The translations under genes and the position numbers were made by a program. From a virus (Duplodnaviria > Caudoviricetes): a DNA stretch of 53,810 bases. The stretch covers positions 1 to 53,810 of IMG/VR virus record IMGVR_UViG_3300030099_000437; one strand, 5' to 3'. How positions within the stretch are numbered: position 1 is the stretch's first letter; every line of letters starts with the position of its first letter. Below the pieces are notes generated by a model, which saw only the letters and a program-made list of their open reading frames with translations, was not told the origin of the DNA and did no database searches. Positions 19,696-26,307 of this stretch are shown piece after piece.

Positions 19696-20147
19696 TAACT
19701 CAACTCAAAATGTGGTCCGTCTATAAAGGGTCTTCTGCCTTGACTTCTTCGCAAATCTATGTAGGCATTCATAGCTTCTTCCATCGTGCCATCCCAATCT
19801 GCCATGTTATCTATTTGCCAAGCTGCACCCCAACGTACCCCCACGTTTTCAAGCTTTGCAGCTTCCTTCATGGCATCTGCTATATCGTCATATAGGTTTA
19901 ACTCCCATGAAGCCCTCCCTCCTAGATATGCCATGAGGTCTACTGCAAGTCCGTCAATATGCTTAGACTTCATGGTCTGTGACGCACCTTTGGCTACTAG
20001 TTCTTCCTGTTCTTCTACTGTACGTAGCCCACAGATTACACCAAAGTCTACTTTCGTTAGTTCAATAGCTTTCTTAACAACTCGCACCATGTCATCATTG
20101 ACACCTTCAAGTCTATCTAAACTTTTTTGGGATAGGTTAAATGGCAT
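19695..20147 (-). CDS. Endolysin, M15-family (L-Ala-D-Glu) peptidase
   Basis: GLRTVEEQ, SKHIDGLAVD (SxHxxGxAxD) and DGPHFEL zinc motifs. Confidence 0.88.
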   Translation of the reverse strand: MPFNLSQKSLDRLEGVNDDMVRVVKKAIELTKVDFGVICGLRTVEEQEELVAKGASQTMKSKHIDGLAVDLMAYLGGRASWELNLYDDIADAMKEAAKLENVGVRWGAAWQIDNMADWDGTMEEAMNAYIDLRRSQGRRPFIDGPHFELS

Positions 20148-20298
20148 TTTTACTCTTCCTTTTTTTAGCTTCTTCTAACTTTTTCTTTTCATAGCAGGGT
20201 TCACATACCCCCTGCATTCTTTTCCATTTTTGTTTGAGTGTGTAGACGTTGTAGATGGGAATAGGTCTGTGACATAAATGACACTCTATGTTTTCCAC
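20137..20298 (-). CDS. Small zinc-finger protein (53 aa)
   Basis: Not in track; GTG start, MENIECHLCHR...GVCEPCYE, two CxxC; fills gap between holin and endolysin. Confidence 0.55.
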   Translation of the reverse strand: MENIECHLCHRPIPIYNVYTLKQKWKRMQGVCEPCYEKKKLEEAKKRKSKNAI

Positions 20299-20299
20299 T

Positions 20300-20701
20300 T
20301 TACTTTGTTAAACCCTTTTGTTTTTCATATGTACGTAAGCCGCCAATTCCTAACATACCACCCAAGACAGGAAGAAGAGTGCTTATATCAAACTGTGGTA
20401 AGTCAGGTGTTTCTAATCCACTATAAGCAAATATAAATATTAATAGTGGCTGTATAACAAAATGATATGCAAAAGCAATGCCGCAGGTCCATCCTACAAA
20501 GGGTCTCCATCCTCCTTTAAATATACTGCCTGACGCTGCTTCTGCTTTATTAATTTCCAGTTGAGCAAGCATAGCTTCTTGAGCATGTTTTTGACCCATA
20601 GTAGCAATCTCATGGGCAAGCTTTGCCTTCTGGTCCTTGTCCTCTATAAACTTATCAAGAAGTCCTGTGACAGGTCCTACTAGACTTGTGAGTACACTCA
20701 T
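20300..20701 (-). CDS. Holin (3-TM, GTA-holin-like)
   Basis: WRPFVGW and GMLGIGGLRTYEK motifs, hydrophobic segments, near endolysin. Confidence 0.8.
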   Translation of the reverse strand: MSVLTSLVGPVTGLLDKFIEDKDQKAKLAHEIATMGQKHAQEAMLAQLEINKAEAASGSIFKGGWRPFVGWTCGIAFAYHFVIQPLLIFIFAYSGLETPDLPQFDISTLLPVLGGMLGIGGLRTYEKQKGLTK

Positions 20702-20775
20702 TCGTTACAGGTGCAGGTATCACTGCACTTCTTATTAATTAATGCACACCAGAGTCTTTTTAGGTATCTTCTCAT
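20698..20775 (-). CDS. 25-aa Cys-rich peptide
   Basis: MRRYLKRLWCALINKKCSDTCTCNE; GGAG RBS; start/stop overlaps with both neighbours. Confidence 0.45.
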   Translation of the reverse strand: MRRYLKRLWCALINKKCSDTCTCNE

Positions 20776-20864
20776 TATAAATACTCCACTATAAAATATG
20801 CTGACCAGATTATGAATAAAGCTATGAGGAGAGTTTTAGTTTTCTCTTTATTCCAAGATTTCAA
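20775..20864 (-). CDS. 29-aa membrane peptide
   Basis: TTG start overlapping previous stop; KSWNKEKTKTLLIALFIIWSAYFIVEYL. Confidence 0.35.
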   Translation of the reverse strand: MKSWNKEKTKTLLIALFIIWSAYFIVEYL

Positions 20865-21100
20865 TGAATAATCCTATTAAAGTATACCCAGAGATTTTGA
20901 GGTACTCTACCATGTTTCATAGCAGCTTTTCTCCAAGTATGATATTTTTCAATCGCTAAATTTTTAGCTTCTTCAAATTCATCGTAAGCTTTTTCCATTT
21001 CACCATAACGCATTTTATGAAGCTGCTCTTGTTTTGCAGCAATTTCTTCTTCAAGTTTCATTTCTTCAGAAATCTCTACTTTATCTTTTGTATCGCTCAT
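20861..21100 (-). CDS. Hypothetical coiled-coil protein
   Basis: 79 aa, AGGAG RBS. Confidence 0.65.
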   Translation of the reverse strand: MSDTKDKVEISEEMKLEEEIAAKQEQLHKMRYGEMEKAYDEFEEAKNLAIEKYHTWRKAAMKHGRVPQNLWVYFNRIIH

Positions 21101-21109
21101 CGTTTCTCC

Positions 21110-21430
21110 TTACTTATTACGATTAGACATCCAAGCGGATGTTCCCATATAAGCACCAACAATACCTGCACCTGATATATAAAAGAGGTTAGATATATCG
21201 CTTAATGCTTTAATCTTCTCTACATCCATAAGAAACATAGCAGCAGTAAATGCTCCCATACCTATAAGTGTAGCAGTAGCCATCCTACGTTGCGCTCTCT
21301 GCTTACGTAAGTCAGCTTCTGTTTTACCTATTTCTTTTGCATGTGCTAATTCTTCATCAGTGACTACACCGTCACCATCCATATCGTACTTATTAAAGTT
21401 ACTATCTTTTTGTAAGTTCTTCTGTGTCAC
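21110..21430 (-). CDS. Membrane protein with EF-hand-like loop
   Basis: DMDGDGVVTDEE loop followed by two hydrophobic helices. Confidence 0.65.
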   Translation of the reverse strand: MTQKNLQKDSNFNKYDMDGDGVVTDEELAHAKEIGKTEADLRKQRAQRRMATATLIGMGAFTAAMFLMDVEKIKALSDISNLFYISGAGIVGAYMGTSAWMSNRNK

Positions 21431-21675
21431 GATACTTTCCTATACGCTCTTGTTTTCTTAGCAATACTTTTGGGTTGTTTAACAAATTGTTTACCCTTTT
21501 TTGTACCTGCCCTCTTTGCTCTAGTTGTTGCTGCGTACTCTTGTGGGGATAACGCTTTAATGGCAGCGGATGGTAGGTAACGCTCTCCAGTTTTTGAACT
21601 CGGCTTACCACTCTTTGTCCTCCACTTTTGTTTTCCCCAAGCTTTAAGACTTCTTTGACTTTTTGCGAGTGCCAT
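21427..21675 (-). CDS. Small highly basic phage protein
   Basis: 82 aa, W.KQKWRTKSGKPS...ERYLP motif. Confidence 0.7.
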   Translation of the reverse strand: MALAKSQRSLKAWGKQKWRTKSGKPSSKTGERYLPSAAIKALSPQEYAATTRAKRAGTKKGKQFVKQPKSIAKKTRAYRKVS

Positions 21676-21799
21676 TCTTAGATTTCCCTGCTATGGTTAG
21701 AACTATAGCTATAGCTTGTTTACGAGGCTTACCCTCTTTCTTTAACTTCCTAAAATTAGAAGAGATTGCTTTTTTACTTTTACCTTTTTTTAGAGGCAT
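21644..21799 (-). CDS. Small basic protein (51 aa)
   Basis: Not in track; MPLKKGKSKKAISSNF...GKPRKQAIAI, a pattern common in phages. Confidence 0.7.
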   Translation of the reverse strand: MPLKKGKSKKAISSNFRKLKKEGKPRKQAIAIVLTIAGKSKNGTRKKSKKS

Positions 21800-22073
21800 C
21801 GTGTTTTGCTTTCAGTTGTTTCTTTGCTGCTTTTGCTAATCTTGCCTGTTCCATTTTACCTGCAACTTTAGCTCTCTGTTCTAATACAGTTAGTATTTGT
21901 ATTTTTCTAGCATAAGGTTTACTGATACGTTTAACCTTTGCTATTGTATCTTTAGCATTTTGTACAGTAGCAAACTTTATACTAACAGTATCCTTAGGAT
22001 TTTCGTCAGTATAAAGTCTGCGTCCTGAACCTTTAGGTTTTTTACCTGTGCCTACTCTAGGGTCTTTAGCGAT
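21780..22073 (-). CDS. Basic protein (97 aa) with apparent ATC start
   Basis: Not in track; GGAGG then 5 nt then ATC-GCT-AAA; AKDPRVGTGKKPKGSGRRLYTDENPKDTV...; fills gap exactly. Confidence 0.65.
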   Translation of the reverse strand: MAKDPRVGTGKKPKGSGRRLYTDENPKDTVSIKFATVQNAKDTIAKVKRISKPYARKIQILTVLEQRAKVAGKMEQARLAKAAKKQLKAKHDASKKR

Positions 22074-22353
22074 AACCGCCTCCTGCTTTTTTATAAGCAG
22101 AAGCTAACATTTGTGCTTTTCTTGCAGACCATTGACCGGGTTTACCGCCCTTAGAACCTGCTTTAATTCTAGCAAACTGTCTTTTACGCATAGCAGGTTT
22201 AGTATAGTTTCCTGCTTTATTTACAGTGCTTCCACCTTTAGCAAATCCCGAAAGACTGCCTAAAGATTTAGCTTGTCCTGCATGTAGCTTAGAAGCTTTC
22301 TTAAGACCCTTGATGACTTTTTTTACTTTACTTTTATTTTGCTTAGTAGTCAT
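22066..22353 (-). CDS. Small highly basic protein
   Basis: 95 aa, GQWSARKAQML...YKKAGGGY motif. Confidence 0.7.
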   Translation of the reverse strand: MTTKQNKSKVKKVIKGLKKASKLHAGQAKSLGSLSGFAKGGSTVNKAGNYTKPAMRKRQFARIKAGSKGGKPGQWSARKAQMLASAYKKAGGGYR

Positions 22354-22355
22354 AA

Positions 22356-22688
22356 CTATGCCTTTGTTAGCTTATAACCTTTAGCCTTTGCAGCAGCTCT
22401 GATTTGTGCAAGAGTCATTGCTCCACCTCTAGCACTACCCTTCTTAGTAGCACCACCTTTAGCGTAGCCTTTCTTCTTCATCATTCCACCCTTCGCCATT
22501 TTACCTTTTCCGTCCATAGCGAATGCAGGAATCATCTTTCCTGTCTTAGGGTCTTTTCTCATAGGCATCTTTGCACCGCCCTTTGCATAACCCTTCTTCT
22601 TCATAGCTCCACCTCGAGCCATACCCTTCTTTTTCATTGCACCGCCTCTTGCCATGCCTTTCTTTTTCATTGGTCTTTTCATAGCCAT
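22356..22688 (-). CDS. Basic repeat protein (KKGxAxGG repeats)
   Basis: 110 aa, six xA[KR]GG units, AGGAGG RBS. Confidence 0.7.
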   Translation of the reverse strand: MAMKRPMKKKGMARGGAMKKKGMARGGAMKKKGYAKGGAKMPMRKDPKTGKMIPAFAMDGKGKMAKGGMMKKKGYAKGGATKKGSARGGAMTLAQIRAAAKAKGYKLTKA

Positions 22689-23366
22689 TTAGTCCTCCTG
22701 TTTAGCATATAAGTTATTAAAGACTCTTTGAGTATCCCATACGTACTCAGTCTCTTGTTTTGAGTGGAACACTCTCTGACTTGGCTTAAAGTCTGGTGCG
22801 CCTTCCCCTGTCTCAAACCATGCAGGATGCGTTACTCTCACCCTGTTGTTTGGTAGTGCAACAATGTTGCCTGTATATTCTCCTGCGTCCATTAACTCTA
22901 ACACATGACTTTGTTTGTGTTGAGCAGGGTCATCGGCTATCTCACTGTTTGTATAGTCTACAGTAAAATAATACTTCGCAGGATAGAACTCTCCATCCAC
23001 CTTTGCAATCCAAGGTGAAGGAGTAGCCCTATTCAAAACGTAGACTGAATGGTCATGCGACATGCAATCCCAAGGTTGTGCTACGTATGGTGGTAACTCT
23101 TGCGGCCATTCATCTAATGGAGTGTCACCAACCAATGCTGTGATGGGCATTCTCGCCCACATTGCCCCACCGTGTACATTCTCTTCGTCTGTCTCATCTG
23201 CCTCACACCCGGTAAATATTACCTGAAAACTGAGGCTACGGTTTGGCATACTTGTCACGGCTATTACCATTGCATGTAGAAAGTCTCCGTGGTGTCTTTC
23301 AAAATTACAAGTATATTCTCTTCTAACCCATGCTTTAAAGTATGGTATGTTACTTTGTAGATACAT
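22689..23366 (-). CDS. Conserved phage hypothetical protein
   Basis: 225 aa, globular composition, GAMWARMPITAL and HKQSH motifs. Confidence 0.7.
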   Translation of the reverse strand: MYLQSNIPYFKAWVRREYTCNFERHHGDFLHAMVIAVTSMPNRSLSFQVIFTGCEADETDEENVHGGAMWARMPITALVGDTPLDEWPQELPPYVAQPWDCMSHDHSVYVLNRATPSPWIAKVDGEFYPAKYYFTVDYTNSEIADDPAQHKQSHVLELMDAGEYTGNIVALPNNRVRVTHPAWFETGEGAPDFKPSQRVFHSKQETEYVWDTQRVFNNLYAKQED

Positions 23367-23367
23367 A

Positions 23368-23544
23368 TTAAAGTCCTGATTCCCTAATTTTAGTTACATC
23401 AAAAACTTTACCATATATTTCTGCTCTTGTCAACCCTATATCTGATAATTGTTTATCAGAAAATGATTTTAAGGCTTCATAAGCTTTTCGTGTTTCTCTT
23501 GCTTTTCTGGCGGCTTCCCACCAACTTTTTATTGATTCTAACAT
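23368..23544 (-). CDS. DUF1127 (YjiS-like) small protein, 58 aa
   Basis: Not in track; ...AYEALKSFSDKQLSDIGLTRAEI... matches the L..LSD..L.DIG..R..I signature; AAGGAGG RBS. Confidence 0.8.
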   Translation of the reverse strand: MLESIKSWWEAARKARETRKAYEALKSFSDKQLSDIGLTRAEIYGKVFDVTKIRESGL

Positions 23545-23572
23545 GGTATTCCTCCTTTTATTACCGAGGCTA

Positions 23573-23581
23573 ATTATACCA
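23573..23581 (-). promoter_or_regulatory. Extended -10 promoter of DUF1127 gene
   Basis: TGgTATAAT on minus strand ~30 nt upstream of ATG; dyad TGCA-N9-TGCA at 23611-23627. Confidence 0.55.
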
Positions 23582-23620
23582 CATTTTCAAAAATTTACCA
23601 GATACAAAAATGCAAATCCG

Positions 23621-23971
23621 TTATGCAGTTGTTGCTTTTGGTATCTCCACAAGAGAAGCTATAACATGGAGGCGATTAGCTGTACCTGCAGTAACCTTTA
23701 TAATATCTCCAGAGGTTAATATTAAATCCTTAGAAAATAATTCTACTGTACCCTTTGCCCCCACTGCTTTATCTTTGTATACGCTAAATACATCACTACC
23801 ATTCGTTATGGTGAGGGTAATAGTGTCTGCATTATCACTATCTTCAGATACAAGCACTGACTCTACTATAGTATCCATGAGCGCAGGACAGGTGTAGAGA
23901 GTTGTAGCATTTGTCGTTGTAAGGTCTAGCTTTACATTTTTAAAACGTGAGGTACTAAGGACGTTAGCCAT
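23621..23971 (-). CDS. Small beta-rich structural-type protein
   Basis: 116 aa; TLYTCP...LILTSGDII...SLVEI aligns by eye with 367..726 product. Confidence 0.65.
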   Translation of the reverse strand: MANVLSTSRFKNVKLDLTTTNATTLYTCPALMDTIVESVLVSEDSDNADTITLTITNGSDVFSVYKDKAVGAKGTVELFSKDLILTSGDIIKVTAGTANRLHVIASLVEIPKATTA

Positions 23972-24429
23972 TATACTTTCCTAGCCATTCCTCCACCATA
24001 GAACATCCCAGACTTACGGTAGTCTACCATGCCACCCTTTTTCATAGATAGTCCAGTGCTAGGATTAACTTTTCTTCCTAGACCTCCCATACTCATTGAT
24101 AGACCAGTAGAAGGATTAATCTTTTTGTCATCCATCATGCCGCCCAATGCCATCTTCCTCTTTTTCACTGCTCCCCCCATATACATTTTCATCATTTTAC
24201 TCATGTAAGCCTTCGGATTTCTTTTATATTCTTTAGCTGCTTCTGGATTTATCTCCTCCAACTCTTTTAATTGAGAAGGAGTCATACTTGGAATTTTATC
24301 TCCAATATAATTTCCTTTACTGTCAAAAGAATCTACCCCAGTAAAGAAATCCAGAACCTTATGGACAAATTTTTCAAACCTAGATAGCTTTTTTCTAGCA
24401 GGTTTTTTACCTTTTTTAGTTTCAGCCAT
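23971..24429 (-). CDS. Basic protein with MxxGG repeats
   Basis: 152 aa; five MxxGG units and duplicated NPSTGLSM. Confidence 0.65.
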   Translation of the reverse strand: MAETKKGKKPARKKLSRFEKFVHKVLDFFTGVDSFDSKGNYIGDKIPSMTPSQLKELEEINPEAAKEYKRNPKAYMSKMMKMYMGGAVKKRKMALGGMMDDKKINPSTGLSMSMGGLGRKVNPSTGLSMKKGGMVDYRKSGMFYGGGMARKV

Positions 24430-24676
24430 AATTTTTCCTCTTCATATGGGGTTTATATACATCATTAGCATCAAGCATACCCTCTAAATACATAGCTCTC
24501 TCTACATGGTCTAGCGTATACTTAATTCCAGTGTCTAATCTTATCTTCTCTCTAACGTAGAATACATCAGAGCGTGGAATGTGGACTCTCCGCAGCTTAG
24601 ACTCGTCCTCATCAGCCAAAGCTTTATAAAATTCTTCTATCACATTATCACTAATGTACATTTTAGCTCTGGGCAT
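24422..24676 (-). CDS. Hypothetical protein, first gene of the late arm
   Basis: Track ORF starts 24724 but a promoter lies in that extension; ATG at 24676 (MPRAKMYISDNVIEEFY) preferred. Confidence 0.6.
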   Translation of the reverse strand: MPRAKMYISDNVIEEFYKALADEDESKLRRVHIPRSDVFYVREKIRLDTGIKYTLDHVERAMYLEGMLDANDVYKPHMKRKNYG

Positions 24677-24680
24677 GGTA

Positions 24681-24711
24681 CTAGTTATACTCCTAACACA
24701 TTCTTTGTCAA
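24681..24711 (-). promoter_or_regulatory. Late-arm promoter
   Basis: TTGACA-N16-TATAACTAG, same architecture as 8171..8200. Confidence 0.7.
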
Positions 24712-24740
24712 GAATAAACGACAAAAAATTAACTTCTATT

Positions 24741-24855
24741 ATGTATACTTAAAGTAACTTAAATAATTACTTAAGAGGAGTAGGAGATTAAGTGTACTTT
24801 AAGTCTTATTATGTATTACATTATGTATTATATAGGATTATTTACTTAAAGTCAA
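24741..24855 (-). repeat. Promoter plus AT-rich element, copy L (putative origin)
   Basis: TTGACT-N17-TATAAT followed by blocks shared with 31658..31762. Confidence 0.65.
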
Positions 24856-25238
24856 GCCCCCTCCCTCTCTTTTTTCGTTACAGGTAGGTTTTTCAGGGTA
24901 AAATCACTGTGTTGCCGCTTAACACCCCCGGTATACATACAATATCCTCTCAGAGGCTTAAATTTAGCCACTGAGTAGGGGTAAATGTAATCCATATGGT
25001 AGACTGCCTGTAGTCCTACTCCCCCTCCTCAGAGGGGAAATATAAAGACCTACTGAATTTTACCATGCAGCAGCCTTACGCAGCAGTGTGCAGCAGCTAA
25101 ATGCCTAAAAAATAGGCATAATATTACAACTGCACAAAAAACAGGCAGTTATATACAGTGGTTAACACCCTAAATTACCCCTCTCTGGCAGAGTACGAGT
25201 ACGCATACGTACAGGGGTGGGGTGGCACTTGCCACGGT

Positions 25239-25288
25239 GTTCTCGTTTTGTTCTAATCCTGTCCTTAAATTGAGAACATTTAGTGAAC
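25239..25288. promoter_or_regulatory. Two alphaproteobacterial LexA (SOS) boxes
   Basis: GTTC-N7-GTTC at 25239-25253 and GAAC-N7-GAAC at 25274-25288. Confidence 0.7.
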
Positions 25289-25296
25289 AAATAGAG

Positions 25297-25386
25297 TAAG
25301 TCATTGTTTTTATTAAGTATTCATAACAATAATACATTATCAGTAATTTTTTTTGTCTTAAAAACTCAATAAAATCAGTAAGTTAT
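25297..25386. promoter_or_regulatory. IHF-like sites
   Basis: AATCAG-TAAG-TTA (plus, ~25373) and AAACAA-TGAC-TTA (minus, ~25297-25309) resemble WATCARNNNNTTR, with A-tracts. Confidence 0.4.
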
Positions 25387-25567
25387 CAAAAAGTTTGGTA
25401 TTTATGTATTTTTTTTGTTGCAATCTGTTTTTCGTTATGCCATTGTTTAGGAGTTCAGAAGACGGAACACCAGAACTAAACGGTTAAATGTCCAACTTGT
25501 TCTAACCTGAAGCACTGAACAGAATATGACTAAATGACTACCGCCTAAATAAAAAAGTTTTTTAATC

Positions 25568-25597
25568 TTGACTTTAATTTTAAAATAAGGTTAGACT
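25568..25597 (+). promoter_or_regulatory. Early promoter upstream of candidate ncRNA
   Basis: TTGACT-N18-TAGACT with A/T-tract UP-like element upstream. Confidence 0.65.
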
Positions 25598-25603
25598 ATA
25601 AAA

Positions 25604-25983
25604 CAAGTCTTGCGGATACTAGCAAGCCACCAAGAGCGGAATGTAAGTCTCATTGTCTGGGTGATATCAGACTAGGTTAACTCCTCTATTGCCGATAATG
25701 CTTAATTGCATGGGCTAACCTTAACGCTTGCCATATGTGAGTATTGGGTGTCTTAAAAGGGTGTAGAGTATCCACCAGAGCTACGGTCAATCTGTCTGGT
25801 GAGCCGAATGAGTAAGGTCAATGTGGCTACGCTTGTTGTCTGTTATTGCGTGGAATGTAAATCGCAGGAGTTTCTAGGCTAAGTCCAACCATTGTTGTCC
25901 TTTGGGTGAATCCATAAGCCCATAAAATATATCTTAATGGGGGAGTAGCTATGGTGACATAGGTGACAAGCTCCCCCAATAAG
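25604..25983 (+). ncRNA. Candidate large structured ncRNA (~380 nt), family unknown
   Basis: No listed ORF, raised GC, about ten helices including crossing pairings and a duplicated GGAATGTAA loop. Confidence 0.65.
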
Positions 25984-26292
25984 TTTTACTCAGTGATACC
26001 TCTAGGAAAGTAATGAGGTATACCTATGACAATTTCAAAAAAAGCTGAAGATTTTAATTTATTAGTAGTACGCAATATCGTTGACAATTTTTCTCGAAGA
26101 AATGACAACAAAAAAGGAGTACATTCTTTTATATATAAGCTAACGCATAAGAACTATAGGTGCAATGTAAAATCTGTTACCTATGGTGGGAAAACATACT
26201 TGAGAGGTCAATTCTTACCCAAAGTTTTTTGGGAATTAAGATAAGACTTTACAACAACAATTTTTTAATATAGAGGTATCACTAAGTAAAAC
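25983..26292. repeat. 22-bp inverted repeat enclosing ORF 26026..26244
   Basis: GTTTTACTCAGTGATACCTCTA (25983-26004) vs TAGAGGTATCACTAAGTAAAAC (26271-26292), 21/22 complementary. Confidence 0.85.
26026..26244 (+). CDS. Hypothetical basic protein (72 aa)
   Basis: GAGGT RBS at 26015, AT-rich. Confidence 0.55.
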   Translation: MTISKKAEDFNLLVVRNIVDNFSRRNDNKKGVHSFIYKLTHKNYRCNVKSVTYGGKTYLRGQFLPKVFWELR

Positions 26293-26307
26293 AATGAGAG
26301 GTGAAAT

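Noticed and set aside
25214-25225. G-quadruplex
   Set aside because: Only three G-runs; kept only as a terminus-region marker
25801-25830. Group II intron domain V look-alike GAGCCGAATG
   Set aside because: Helix pattern and AC bulge do not fit; no domain VI or RT gene
25663-25897. Group I intron-like P7 strands (CAGACTA ... AAGTCC) followed by a small hairpin
   Set aside because: No room for a normal P4-P6 domain, P7 only 4 bp, no interrupted gene; worth a cmsearch but not supported by eye
25939-25978. tRNA/tmRNA-like start GGGGGAGTAGCT and end CTCCCCCA
   Set aside because: Only ~40 nt, no T-arm or anticodon arm, no CCA after the stem; treated as part of the ncRNA candidate
25604-25983. 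Cobalamin riboswitch, suggested by the B12-dependent RNR
   Set aside because: No B12-box or core consensus, and far from nrdJ
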